From Verrucomicrobiia bacterium (lineage in GTDB: Bacteria; Verrucomicrobiota; Verrucomicrobiia; Limisphaerales; CAIMTB01), in the NCBI GenBank assembly GCA_019634625.1, contig JAHCBA010000028.1, positions 3,283 to 67,282 of the forward strand: a stretch of DNA of 64,000 nucleotides, read 5' to 3'. The translations under genes were made by a program, and so were the position numbers. This document shows, piece by piece, positions 40,616 to 50,436 of the stretch. A model generated the notes under the pieces. That model did not search any database. It was not told the DNA's origin and saw nothing but the letters and a program-made list of their open reading frames with translations. The number at the start of each line of letters is the position of its first letter. Position 1 is the stretch's first letter.

Positions 40616-41743
40616 ATGATGGCCCACACGATTCGGTCTCCTCGCGCGGACAGGATGACGCAACAATGCGTCAATCCACCGAAAGCCCTCCGCCAGACCA
40701 CCCCGTACGGTGGCGGTGTCATGTCGCTGTCTGCACCCGCTCCCTCCGCGCTCCGGCACCTTCCCTCATCACCGTGCCACGAAGACCCGGACCCGGCCTC
40801 ACTGGCCGCCTGGACCGACGCCGTTGCCCCTGAATGCCGGAACCTGGATCCCGATGGATCCATTCGAGTGGCCCTCCATGCCGGGCCCTCCGCCTGGTTC
40901 GACCTCCTCGCCGCCCTGGGAGACCTCACGTTTGTCACCCATGTTTCAGGCGCCACGCTGGGCTGGTGCGGCGACGCACCGCGCTTCGACCATACCGACT
41001 GGCCGGTCCTGCCGGCGTCCCGCACCTGGCCCTATGCCCCGAACCTCGCCGAGTTCGCACGCCTGTGGGCGCTCCGTGAAATCGACGCCACCGGAGTCAG
41101 ACACCTCCTCGCCGTCCAGAACACGCCCGGCGCCGTATTTCATCGGATCATCGTCCCGCCCGGCCCGGGCAGCGACCGCCTCCTGGCCTTCATCGAACGT
41201 CACCAGTTGCCCCCGGATCGAACGCGTCCGTGGTTCCCGCCAAACCATGCCCGTGCCGCAGAACGTCACGCCTGTGTCCATCAGCGCATCCCCTGGCTCC
41301 AATCCCGCTGGGCTGCCCGCTCGCCCCGCATCCGCCGCCTGTCCCTCGTCCAGACTCTCGACCTCCTCGCAGCCGCGGTTTCCCACGCCCAACCGCTGCG
41401 CACCATGCTCTACAGCGAACCGCTGATCTGCGGGACGGCCTGGATCCCCGAACGGATCGTCGCCGAACCGCGCCCCGCTTCCCCCCTCCCGCCGTCTCCG
41501 CACGCCAGCCGCAAACTGCCCTGGCGCCTCCGCCTCTTTGGCGGTGCCTCCGGACTCGAACTTCTGCCCCACCTCATCGGCTCCGCCTGGCTCTGGATGG
41601 ACCAGTGCGCCTGCTGCCAACGCTCCCGCTGGGCTGTCGAGATCGGCGGCATCGATGACCGCCTGATCCTTGCCCTGCTCGCCACCCATGACACCACCGA
41701 ACCCGCCTGGCGCAGATTCCTCCGCACCACGCTGGACGGCTGA
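40616..41743 (+). CDS. Hypothetical protein with weak two-repeat HemS/ChuS-like (hemin-degrading factor) resemblance
   Basis: Two halves show similar patterns: FDLLAALGDLTFVTHVSGATLGWCG...LAEFARLWALREIDATGVRHLLAVQNTPGAVFHRII and LDLLAAAVSHAQPLRTMLYSEPLICGTAW...LIGSAWLWMD...RWAVEIGGIDDRLILALLA. These recall ChuS (ILAALESVGETKCICRNEYAVHEQVG...; ...SLELFAHDGTQIAQLYG). The comparison is from memory only and the start is uncertain. Confidence 0.4.
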   Translation: MMAHTIRSPRADRMTQQCVNPPKALRQTTPYGGGVMSLSAPAPSALRHLPSSPCHEDPDPASLAAWTDAVAPECRNLDPDGSIRVALHAGPSAWFDLLAALGDLTFVTHVSGATLGWCGDAPRFDHTDWPVLPASRTWPYAPNLAEFARLWALREIDATGVRHLLAVQNTPGAVFHRIIVPPGPGSDRLLAFIERHQLPPDRTRPWFPPNHARAAERHACVHQRIPWLQSRWAARSPRIRRLSLVQTLDLLAAAVSHAQPLRTMLYSEPLICGTAWIPERIVAEPRPASPLPPSPHASRKLPWRLRLFGGASGLELLPHLIGSAWLWMDQCACCQRSRWAVEIGGIDDRLILALLATHDTTEPAWRRFLRTTLDG

Positions 41744-41752
41744 TCCCTCCCG

Positions 41753-44164
41753 TCATGCCATGGCCCGGGCGATGGCGTTCCACCACCCGTCGTGCAACTC
41801 CGCCACCGGCGCTGAGACTTCCCCCGCGGTCGTCCGGATCGCCAACCGGTCCCCACCCACCGTCCCGATCCGGACCGCAGGCACGCCAAGCAACCGGGCC
41901 CGCTCCATCAACCCGCCCGCATCCACCGCCCGGCAGCTCACCACCACCCGCGACTGCGTCTCCCCGAACAACAGCGCGTCCAGGCGAACCCTGGACCCGG
42001 CCACCGGGGATGGACCTATTTCATGCCCTGCATCGGTCGGATCCGTCGGATCGGTCGGATAAGCCCGATCCGCCCCCTCGCCCCCCATCCCGCCCTCCAG
42101 CCCCGTCAGGTCCACCGTGGCCCCCAGAAACACCGGCGTGTGCCGCGCGTCGTACCGGCTGAAGCACGCCTCCGCCAGCGCCACCGCCAGCCCCCCCTCG
42201 CTGCAATCGTGCGCGCTCCTCACGGTCCCTGTCCGGATCAACCCCACCAGCGCCGTGTGCAACGTGCGCGCCACGTCGAGGTCGCAGCGCGGTGGCAACC
42301 CGGTCTTCCTCCCGTGCCGCACCTGCAGGTAAGCGCTGCCCCCCAGTCCCTGAAGCGGATCGTCTTCATCCACCACCGCCCCCAGCAGCACGATCGCGTC
42401 CCCCTCTTCCTTGAACCACTGCGTCGTCACGTGCTCCGGTCGCTCGATCAATCCCACCATCGCCACCGTGGGCGTGGGATCGATCGCCCCCAGCGCGCCG
42501 CGCTGGTTGTACAGGCTCACGTTCCCGCCCGTGACGGGTGCCTGGAAGGCCCGGCAGGCGTCCGCCAGTCCCCGCACGCTCTCCCGTAATTGCCAGAAAA
42601 TCTCCGGGTTGTGTGGATTCCCGTAGTTCAGGTTGTCGGTCGCACCCAGTGGCACCGCCCCGGAACACGCCAGGTTCCGCGCCGCCTCCGTCACCGCGAT
42701 CTTCCCGCCTTCATAGGGATCGAGGTACACGTAGGTCCCGTTCCCATCCACCGTGAACGCCACCAGCTTTTCGGCCACCGGCGCCGCCCCCCGCTCGGCC
42801 CCGCCGGGCACCGAGTCGCCCTTGATCCGGATCACCGCCGCGTCGCTCCCCGGGCACACCACCGTCCCGTTCCGCACCATGTGGTCGTACTGCCGGTACA
42901 CCCAGTTCTTCGAGGCCAGGGTCGGCCACGCCAGCAGGGATCGCAGATCCGCCATCGGATCCGTGGTGTCGGCCAGCCCCTCCAGCCGGAAGGCCCGGAC
43001 CCCTTCGAGATACGCCGGCTCCCGCGCCTCGCGTTCGTACACCGGCGCCTCGTCGGCCAGCGCCGCCGCCGGCAGATCCGCTATCACCCGGCCGCCGTGC
43101 TTCACCACCATCCGCCCCGTGTCCGTCACCGTCCCGATCTCCGACCACGGAAGATCCCACTTGTCGAACACCCGCTTCACCTCCTCCTCCCGTCCCCGCT
43201 GGACCACCACCAGCATCCGTTCCTGCGACTCGCTGAGCATGATCTCGTAAGGCGTCATGTTCGGCGCCCGCTGCGGCACCCGGTCGAGTTCGATCTCGAT
43301 GCCCGTCCCCGCCCGCGCCGCTGTCTCGCACGTGGAACAGGTCAGCCCCGCCGCCCCCATGTCCTGCATACCCGCCACCGCCCCCGTTGCCAGCAGTTCG
43401 AGGCACGCCTCGCACACCAGCTTCTCCATGAAGGGATCCCCCACCTGCACCGCCCCGCGCTGCTTCTCCGCGCTCTCCTCCGTCAGGTCCTGCGACGCAA
43501 ACGCCGCCCCCGCCAGCCCGTCACGTCCGGTGGCCGGCCCGACATAGAACACCGGGTTTCCAATCCCCCGCGCCGCCCCCCGGGTGATCTGGTCATGCCG
43601 CAGCACCCCCAGGCAAAAAGCGTTCACCAGCGGATTGCCCTCATAACTTGGATCGAAACAGACCTCCCCGGCCACCGTCGGGATTCCGAAACAATTCCCG
43701 TAATGCGCGATCCCGCCCACGACCCCGGCAAACAACCGCCGCACTTCCGGACGGCTCAGTTCCCCGAACCGCAACGAGTTCAGCGCCGCCACCGGACGCG
43801 CCCCCATCGTGAAGATGTCCCGGATGATGCCCCCCACCCCCGTGGCCGCCCCCTGGAACGGTTCCACCGCGCTCGGGTGATTGTGCGACTCGATCTTGAA
43901 GGCGATGGCCAGACCGTCCCCAACGTCCACGATCCCCGCGTTCTCCTCCCCCGCCCCCACCAGGATCCGCGCCGACCGCGTCGGAAAGGTCCGCAGCAGC
44001 GGCCGCGTGTTCTTGTACGAGCAGTGCTCGCTCCACATCACCGAGAAAATCCCCAGCTCGGTGTAACTCGGCTCACGCCCCAGGATCCCCTGAATGCGCG
44101 CGTATTCGTCCGGCGTGATCTGGTGACGGGCAACCAGCTCCGGAGTGATGGCGGGTTCGGTCAT
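41753..44164 (-). CDS. purL: Phosphoribosylformylglycinamidine synthase subunit PurL
   Basis: Start at ATG 44164 ([24 protein letters not shown]...). [42 protein letters not shown] and GDPFMEK. Contains a low-complexity insertion near the C-terminus. Confidence 0.95.
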   Translation of the reverse strand: MTEPAITPELVARHQITPDEYARIQGILGREPSYTELGIFSVMWSEHCSYKNTRPLLRTFPTRSARILVGAGEENAGIVDVGDGLAIAFKIESHNHPSAVEPFQGAATGVGGIIRDIFTMGARPVAALNSLRFGELSRPEVRRLFAGVVGGIAHYGNCFGIPTVAGEVCFDPSYEGNPLVNAFCLGVLRHDQITRGAARGIGNPVFYVGPATGRDGLAGAAFASQDLTEESAEKQRGAVQVGDPFMEKLVCEACLELLATGAVAGMQDMGAAGLTCSTCETAARAGTGIEIELDRVPQRAPNMTPYEIMLSESQERMLVVVQRGREEEVKRVFDKWDLPWSEIGTVTDTGRMVVKHGGRVIADLPAAALADEAPVYEREAREPAYLEGVRAFRLEGLADTTDPMADLRSLLAWPTLASKNWVYRQYDHMVRNGTVVCPGSDAAVIRIKGDSVPGGAERGAAPVAEKLVAFTVDGNGTYVYLDPYEGGKIAVTEAARNLACSGAVPLGATDNLNYGNPHNPEIFWQLRESVRGLADACRAFQAPVTGGNVSLYNQRGALGAIDPTPTVAMVGLIERPEHVTTQWFKEEGDAIVLLGAVVDEDDPLQGLGGSAYLQVRHGRKTGLPPRCDLDVARTLHTALVGLIRTGTVRSAHDCSEGGLAVALAEACFSRYDARHTPVFLGATVDLTGLEGGMGGEGADRAYPTDPTDPTDAGHEIGPSPVAGSRVRLDALLFGETQSRVVVSCRAVDAGGLMERARLLGVPAVRIGTVGGDRLAIRTTAGEVSAPVAELHDGWWNAIARAMA

Positions 44165-44251
44165 CGTAAAGCCCCCCGGCAAGGGGCCCGGAATCTTGCC
44201 CGCCCCAACCGCCCCACACAATCCCAACCCCGATAAGGTCCTCACCCTTCC

Positions 44252-44293
44252 GGTTTCAGGTTTCAGGTTTCAGGTTTCCGGTTTCAGGTCTCA
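44252..44293 (+). repeat. Six tandem heptamers GGTTTCA (4 perfect, 2 with one change) in the purL / M14 divergent intergenic region
   Basis: ggtttca ggtttca ggtttca ggtttcc ggtttca ggtctca, ending 19 nt before ATG 44312. Confidence 0.9.
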
Positions 44294-44311
44294 CCCCCCA
44301 CCCTCCACCCC

Positions 44312-45133
44312 ATGCAACGGCTGGGACGCAATCACAGGCGCTACCTGGGCGATACCCTCGACGTGCCGCGGATTCTCGCGGAACTCCGCACCGAGGCCGT
44401 CCGCAACGGCTGGACCCTCGGCTCCCTCACCACGGATTCCGGGACGGAACTTCCCGTCCTCACCCGCGCCCCGCGCCATGCAGGCCTCTGCGCCCCCCGG
44501 CTCTACTTCTCCGCCGGGATCCACGGCGACGAACCCGCCGGTCCGCTCGCCGTCCTGGAACTGCTCCGCCAGGCCATCTTTCCCGAGGATGCCTGGGGCT
44601 GGTGCTGTCCCTGCCTCAACCCCACCGGTCTGGCCCTCAACACCCGGGAATCCGCCGCCGGCATCGACCTGAACCGCGACTACCGCGAAGCCCATGCCCC
44701 CGAGGTGCGCGCCCACATCGAGTGGCTTCGTCGCCAGCCCCTCTTCGACCTCGCCCTCTGCCTCCACGAAGACTGGGAGGCCGCCGGCTTCTACGTGTAC
44801 GAGGTCAATTCCGCCAACCAACCCTCCCTCGCCCCCGCCATGGTCGAGGCCGTCCGACCCGTCTGTCCCATCGACCTCTCGCCGGTCATCGATGGGCGCG
44901 ACGCCCATCAAGGGATCATCCGGCCCACCCTCGACCCGGCCATGCGCCCCGAATGGCCCGAGGCCTTCTATCTCCTCCAGAACAAGACCCGCCTCAGCTA
45001 CACCCTCGAAGCGCCCTCGGACTACCCCCTCGACACCCGCGTGGCCGCCCTCGTCGCCGGTGTCCGCGCCGCCTTCGACACCTTCACCCGGACGCCTCCG
45101 CCACGCGACGACACCTCACCGCCTCCGCCCTGA
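44312..45133 (+). CDS. M14-family zinc carboxypeptidase-like protein (succinylglutamate desuccinylase/aspartoacylase superfamily)
   Basis: Zinc-ligand motif SAGIHGDEPAG, IDLNRDY and LCLHEDWE. Confidence 0.65.
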   Translation: MQRLGRNHRRYLGDTLDVPRILAELRTEAVRNGWTLGSLTTDSGTELPVLTRAPRHAGLCAPRLYFSAGIHGDEPAGPLAVLELLRQAIFPEDAWGWCCPCLNPTGLALNTRESAAGIDLNRDYREAHAPEVRAHIEWLRRQPLFDLALCLHEDWEAAGFYVYEVNSANQPSLAPAMVEAVRPVCPIDLSPVIDGRDAHQGIIRPTLDPAMRPEWPEAFYLLQNKTRLSYTLEAPSDYPLDTRVAALVAGVRAAFDTFTRTPPPRDDTSPPPP

Positions 45134-45219
45134 CGCCTCCCCCGGCCGGCCTCGCCGTCCGGCCGCTGCGGGACCAAAACCCCTCGTCGCAGGGCCTCTT
45201 CCAGTTTTCAGACAGGCTC

Positions 45220-46584
45220 TCAAGCCCTCGGGTACCGCCATGGACCCCGGTAGTCCCGGCGCAGCAACCGGTTCGCCTCCCGGTCCCCAACCACCCGCTC
45301 CCGCGCGCCGTCCCACTCGATGCTCCGACCCAGCTTCAGGGCGAGCATCCCCAGCAGCGAGACGTTCGTGGAGTAATGGCACGCCTCGATGTCGCTCACC
45401 GGCCGCCCCCCGGTGCGGATGGCCTCGAGCAGATCCGCCCACAACTCCCGGATGTTCTGCTGGTCCGGCGTGTGCAACTGGGCCGGCTCCTCGATGACGG
45501 GCTTGCGGCTGTCCGACGGATAGAACTTCCACCCGCCAATCCACCCCATGTGGAACGTCCCTTCCGTCCCGTAGAAATAGCAGCCGACGTTCTCCCCCTT
45601 CTCCGCGTTGTTGCCCGCAAACTGACGGTGCTCCCAGGACAGCGTGAAGGACTCGAAATCGAATACCGCAACCTGGTGATCGGGCGCGTCGCTGCTCTGT
45701 TCGGCCGCATTGTACACCGCCGGTCCCTTGATCGGCCGGCCCCCCGACGAGGCGATCCGTCGCGGCCACTTCTCCTCCAGGATCCACAACACCTGGTCCA
45801 TCCAGTGGATGCCCCAGTCCCCCAGCGTGCCATTGGCATAGTCGAGGTAATTGCGGAACCCGCGCGGATGGATCCCCCCCCGCCAGGGATTCGAGAGATC
45901 TCCCGTCGGCCCGTTGTAGTGCCGCAACGGCGCCGGTCCGCACCACAAGTCCCAATCCAGTTCCTTCGGCGGCTCGGAGTTCGCCAGCGGACGCTCCGGC
46001 CCCCCGCCATAATGCACAAACGCCCGCACCATCCCGATCTTCCCCGCCTTCCCCGATCGAAGGAACTCCCGTCCCGACACGTTGTGCGGCGACACCCGCC
46101 GGTGCGTGCCGACCTGCACCACCCGGTCGTGCCGCCGCGCCGCGTTCACCATGGCCCGCCCCTCCAGAATGGTGTGCCCGATCGGCTTCTCGACGAACAC
46201 ATGCGCCCCCGCCTCCACCGCGGCGATGGTTTGCAGCGGATGCCAGTGGTCCGGCGTCGCCACAATCACAATCTCCGGCTTCTCCCGCTCCAGCATCTCC
46301 CGGTAGTCCCGATAGGCCTTCGGATCGTCGCTCGTCTCCCGCCGCACCCGCTCCATCGTCGGATTCAGCAGCCGCGTGTCCACGTCGCACAGCCCCACCA
46401 CCCGGCAGGCCCCCGATGCCATCGCCTCGCCCAGTATGTTGTTCCCCCACCATCCCGTCCCGATCAGGGCCGTCCGGTAACGGCGGGTCGGCGAATCCGC
46501 ACCCACCAATCGCAGCGCCGGCAGGGTCGCGGCCGTCAGGGCGGTGGTTCGAAGAAAGGAGCGTCGTGTCAGTTGCATGGTCAT
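45220..46584 (-). CDS. Gfo/Idh/MocA family oxidoreductase with twin-arginine signal
   Basis: Start at ATG 46584 (MTMQLTRRSFLRTTALTAATLPAL). Rossmann IGTGWWGNNILGEA, VATPDHWH, and EKPIGHT with catalytic Lys. The N-terminal 98 residues of ORF 45220..46878 are read through MITE copy D. Confidence 0.9.
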   Translation of the reverse strand: MTMQLTRRSFLRTTALTAATLPALRLVGADSPTRRYRTALIGTGWWGNNILGEAMASGACRVVGLCDVDTRLLNPTMERVRRETSDDPKAYRDYREMLEREKPEIVIVATPDHWHPLQTIAAVEAGAHVFVEKPIGHTILEGRAMVNAARRHDRVVQVGTHRRVSPHNVSGREFLRSGKAGKIGMVRAFVHYGGGPERPLANSEPPKELDWDLWCGPAPLRHYNGPTGDLSNPWRGGIHPRGFRNYLDYANGTLGDWGIHWMDQVLWILEEKWPRRIASSGGRPIKGPAVYNAAEQSSDAPDHQVAVFDFESFTLSWEHRQFAGNNAEKGENVGCYFYGTEGTFHMGWIGGWKFYPSDSRKPVIEEPAQLHTPDQQNIRELWADLLEAIRTGGRPVSDIEACHYSTNVSLLGMLALKLGRSIEWDGARERVVGDREANRLLRRDYRGPWRYPRA

Positions 46585-46689
46585 CCGGGGTCCCGGTCCA
46601 CGATCGTCGCGGACCCGCTGTGGAAGGCCGCAGACTGAACTCCCGCACCCGCCCCTGGCAAGCCGGCGAAATCCCCCGCCCGTTGCCGC

Positions 46690-46850
46690 AGTGCATCCCG
46701 GAGTTGTCGGTAGAGGTGCGAACTTCGCGAAGCGTCGCTTCGGAGGGCCGAGTTCCACGAGGCCGCAACGGTGTGGAGCGTTGGGTTGAGGACTCGCGGA
46801 ACTCGTCCCTCCGAGTCGCTGGCTCGGTACCGACAACTTGGGGATGCACC
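46690..46850 (-). mobile_element. MITE-like element, copy D (161 bp)
   Basis: gtgcatcccggagttgtcggta ... taccgacaacttggggatgcac is nearly identical to copy C. Flanking 11-mers cccgttgccgc (46679-46689) and gccgttgccgc (46851-46861) match 10/11. Confidence 0.85.
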
Positions 46851-47046
46851 GCCGTTGCCGCCAACCAAGCAATGGCAAGGGAATCCCAAGAAACGGCCAG
46901 ATCGCCCCTCCGTCCGCAGGTATTCACAAGGTCATTCGCTACTGGCCCTCCAAAGAGTCTCCTCTTTCCAGCGCCAGACCAAGGAGAGCCGCCATCCCTT
47001 TCGCCATCCCCGTTCGCATCCCCAGCACCGCCAGCATCCAGGCCCC

Positions 47047-50000
47047 ATGAAGAAATCCAAGCCCCCCTCCGGCACCCCCCGCCATCGGGCCAAAACCGGC
47101 GCCGCATCCCGCTCCAGCCTTCCCTCCCCGCCCGCCCCCCATTTCATCGTCGGCGTCGGCGCCTCCGCCGGCGGACTCGAAGCCCTCGGCAAACTCTTCG
47201 TCAACATGCCCGCGGATAGCGACCTCTCCTTCGTCGTCGTCCAGCACCTCTCCCCGGACTACAAGAGCTTCATGGTGGAACTGCTCTCCAAACGCACCGT
47301 CATCCCCGTCCTGCGCGCGGAGGATGGCATCGAGGTCAAGCCCAACCACATCTACCTCATCCCGCCCAAGAAGAATCTCAAGATCTTTCAAGGCCGGCTC
47401 CTCCTGGTCGACCCGGACCTCACCCGCGGTGTCAACCTCCCCATCGATGTCTTCTTCCGTTCCCTTGCCGAGGAAAAACAGCACCAGGCCATCGGCATCG
47501 TCCTCAGTGGCACCGGCAGCGATGGCACCATGGGCATCCGCGCCATCAAGGACGCCGGCGGCATGGTCATGGTCCAAAGCGAGGCCACCGCCCAGTTCGA
47601 CGGTATGCCCCGAAGCGCCATCGGCACCGGCCTCGCCGACTCCATCCTGCCCCCCGAGGAAATGCCCCGCCAGCTCCTCACCTATCTCCAGCATCCCTTC
47701 GTCGCCAATCGGCAGACGCTGATGCGCAACCAGACGTCCACCGATACCCTGATGCACAAGATCTTCGCCCTCCTGCGGGATCAGTGCGGCGTGGACTTCT
47801 CCTTCTACAAACCCTCCACCATCGACCGCCGCATCGAACGCCGCATCAGCATCAATCAACTCCACAGCCTCGACGAATACTTCCAGTACCTCCACAGCTC
47901 CCCCCGCGAGGCCGGCCTCCTCTTTCAGGAACTCCTCATCTGTGTCACCCGCTTCTTCCGGGACCGCGAGGCCTTCGAGCACCTCGAAAAGGACGTCATC
48001 CCCGACCTCTGCCAACGCGCCCCGGCCAACGAGACCCTCCGCATCTGGGTCGCCAGTTGCTCCACCGGCGAGGAGGCCTACTCCCTCGCCATGTTGTTCG
48101 CCGACGAAATGCGCCGCCAGGGAAGAATCTGGCCGGTCAAAATCTTCGCGACGGACATTTCCAAGAACGCCATCGAAATCGCCAGCCACGGCCTCTACTC
48201 CGAAAGCGAGGTCGCCGATGTCCCACCCGACAAACTCAAACGCTTCTTCACCCGGAAGGCCGACGGCTGGCAGGTCAGCCCCGCCCTCCGCCAGATGGTC
48301 GTCTTCGCCAAACACGATCTCCTCAAGGATCCCCCCTTCACCAAACTCGACTTCGTCAGTTGCCGCAATGTCCTCATCTACTTCCAGTCCGCCCTCCAGT
48401 CCCGGGTGGTCAATGTCTTCCACTTCGCCCTCAAACCCGGCGGCATTCTCTTCCTCGGAAGCAGCGAAACCATCGGCGACCACACCGAAAAGTTCAATAC
48501 CCTCAATACCCGCCACAAACTCTACCAGACCCGCCCCGGTGCCTATGTGCACGCCGGCTCCGCCCAGTCCCCCGTCCCCGAACGCTCCTGGCAACCCGAT
48601 CCCATCCGCCTCGCCCGCCACCAGCCCGCCGCCGACCTCCGTCTCCTCGAAACCGTCTATCAGCAGATCCTCACCGACTACGGTCCCGCCTGCATCGTGG
48701 TCGATGACAACAACGAGATCACTCATGTGCTCGGCAAGGCCGGCGACTACCTCCACGCCCCCCCCGGAGCCTTCACCCGAAACATTCTCAAACTCACCAG
48801 CCACAACCTCTCCGTCACCCTCGCCACCATGCTCCATCGCGTGAATCGCGATGGTCGCGCCCATGCCATCGACAACGTCCGGTTTCACCAGGGACGGAAG
48901 GTCAGGTCCGTCCGCCTGCGCGTGAAACCCGTCCATCCCGAAAACCGCGCCGCCTCCGGCATCCGCCTGATCTTCATCGAACCCAAGGACTCCAGCCCGG
49001 CAACCCCACGCGTCCTCAAGGAGTTCAAGGCCGACCACACCGCCCGGCAGCGCATCAAGGACCTCGAACAGGAACTCGTGTACAGCAAGGAAACCCTCCA
49101 GGCGACCATCGAGGAACTCGAAACCTCCAACGAGGAACTCCAAGCCGCCAATGAGGAACTCCTCGCCGCCAATGAGGAACTCCAAAGCACCAACGAGGAA
49201 CTCCAGTCCGTCAACGAGGAACTCCATACCGTCAACACCGAAAACCAAAACCGCATCGAGGAACTCACCGCACTCGGCAACGACATCAACAACCTCCTCG
49301 CCTCCACCCGCGTCGGCACCATGCTCGTGGACCCCGACCTCCGCATCCGCCGCATGTCCACGGCGCTGCAGTCCCTCACCCATCTTACCTCCGGCGACAT
49401 CGGCGCCCCCCTCGAAGTCCTCAGCCGCGAACTCCAGTCCCCCGAAATCATCGATCTCGCCCGGCAGGTCTCACGCGAGTGCCAGACGCTCGAACACCTC
49501 GTCTCCGAACAGGGCGGACGCACCCTCCTGGTCCGCCTCGCACCCTACCGAACCGAAACCAACGCCATCAGCGGACTCGTGCTCACCGTCATCGACCTCA
49601 CCGAAAACAGGCGGAAGGAGGCCCTCGTCCAGGGAGTCGTCGATGCCATGCCCGCTCATGTCGCCGTGGTGGACGATCTGGGACGGATCCTCCTCGTGAA
49701 CCAGGCCTGGCGACGGTTCGCCCAGTCCGGTGAAAACCTCCCGGGAACAGGCGATGTGGGGAGCAACTACTTCGAGGTCTGCCGCGCCGCGCAGGATCGC
49801 GACCCGGCCGCCCGACGGTGCCTGGAAGGACTCGAATCCCTGCTGCGCGACGGGAACGCTCACTTCGAAACCGAGTATCCCTGCCACACCGGCGGCTCAA
49901 CCCGCTGGTTCCTCGTGCATGCCAGCCGCCTCCCCGGCAACAACGGCCTGGTCATCGCCCACGTCGAAATCACCCGGCGCAAGGAGCAGGAGGCACGCAT

Positions 50001-50436
50001 GGAACAGATGGCCCTGTGGTTCCAATCCACCCGCCATGCCGTCGTCGGCTGCGATCGGAACGGGCGCGTCGTGGTCTGGAACAGCGGTGCCGACCGATTG
50101 CTCGGATGGACCGCCGACCATGCAGAGGGCCGCAACATCACCGATTTCACACCCCCGGACGCCAGGGCGGAACAGCGCGCCCTCCATGCCCGGGTCCTCG
50201 GCGGCGAGGAACTCCCCTGCCAGCCCGCCCGACGCCTCTCCCGGGACCACGGAATCGTTCATGTGGGCATCGTCACCTCCCCGGCCAGGAATGCCGATGG
50301 GCTGACCACCGGCATCATCGAGTCGTTCTGCCATTGCTCCTCCAAGCAACTCCCCGGCTCCTGCTCCACCTCCGCCTGCCCCCTCCCCCAACCCCTCCGC
50401 AGAAAGCCCCATGCCAAGCCCACGAAAGCGCCCTGA
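47047..50436 (+). CDS. CheB-methylesterase / CheR-methyltransferase fusion protein with coiled coil and PAS domains
   Basis: Start at ATG 47047 (MKKSKPP...). CheB-like VGVGASAGGLEAL...VVQHLSPD...SGTGSDGT. CheR-like FFRD...IWVASCSTGEEAYSLAMLF...CRNVLIYF. Heptad-rich LQATIEELETSNEELQAANEELLAANEELQSTNEELQSVNEEL, then PAS-like modules. Confidence 0.9.
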   Translation: MKKSKPPSGTPRHRAKTGAASRSSLPSPPAPHFIVGVGASAGGLEALGKLFVNMPADSDLSFVVVQHLSPDYKSFMVELLSKRTVIPVLRAEDGIEVKPNHIYLIPPKKNLKIFQGRLLLVDPDLTRGVNLPIDVFFRSLAEEKQHQAIGIVLSGTGSDGTMGIRAIKDAGGMVMVQSEATAQFDGMPRSAIGTGLADSILPPEEMPRQLLTYLQHPFVANRQTLMRNQTSTDTLMHKIFALLRDQCGVDFSFYKPSTIDRRIERRISINQLHSLDEYFQYLHSSPREAGLLFQELLICVTRFFRDREAFEHLEKDVIPDLCQRAPANETLRIWVASCSTGEEAYSLAMLFADEMRRQGRIWPVKIFATDISKNAIEIASHGLYSESEVADVPPDKLKRFFTRKADGWQVSPALRQMVVFAKHDLLKDPPFTKLDFVSCRNVLIYFQSALQSRVVNVFHFALKPGGILFLGSSETIGDHTEKFNTLNTRHKLYQTRPGAYVHAGSAQSPVPERSWQPDPIRLARHQPAADLRLLETVYQQILTDYGPACIVVDDNNEITHVLGKAGDYLHAPPGAFTRNILKLTSHNLSVTLATMLHRVNRDGRAHAIDNVRFHQGRKVRSVRLRVKPVHPENRAASGIRLIFIEPKDSSPATPRVLKEFKADHTARQRIKDLEQELVYSKETLQATIEELETSNEELQAANEELLAANEELQSTNEELQSVNEELHTVNTENQNRIEELTALGNDINNLLASTRVGTMLVDPDLRIRRMSTALQSLTHLTSGDIGAPLEVLSRELQSPEIIDLARQVSRECQTLEHLVSEQGGRTLLVRLAPYRTETNAISGLVLTVIDLTENRRKEALVQGVVDAMPAHVAVVDDLGRILLVNQAWRRFAQSGENLPGTGDVGSNYFEVCRAAQDRDPAARRCLEGLESLLRDGNAHFETEYPCHTGGSTRWFLVHASRLPGNNGLVIAHVEITRRKEQEARMEQMALWFQSTRHAVVGCDRNGRVVVWNSGADRLLGWTADHAEGRNITDFTPPDARAEQRALHARVLGGEELPCQPARRLSRDHGIVHVGIVTSPARNADGLTTGIIESFCHCSSKQLPGSCSTSACPLPQPLRRKPHAKPTKAP

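Noticed and set aside
44602-46638. 678-aa plus-strand ORF
   Set aside because: It runs out of frame through the end of the M14 gene and antisense to the Gfo/Idh/MocA oxidoreductase. The translation is Pro/Arg/His-rich.
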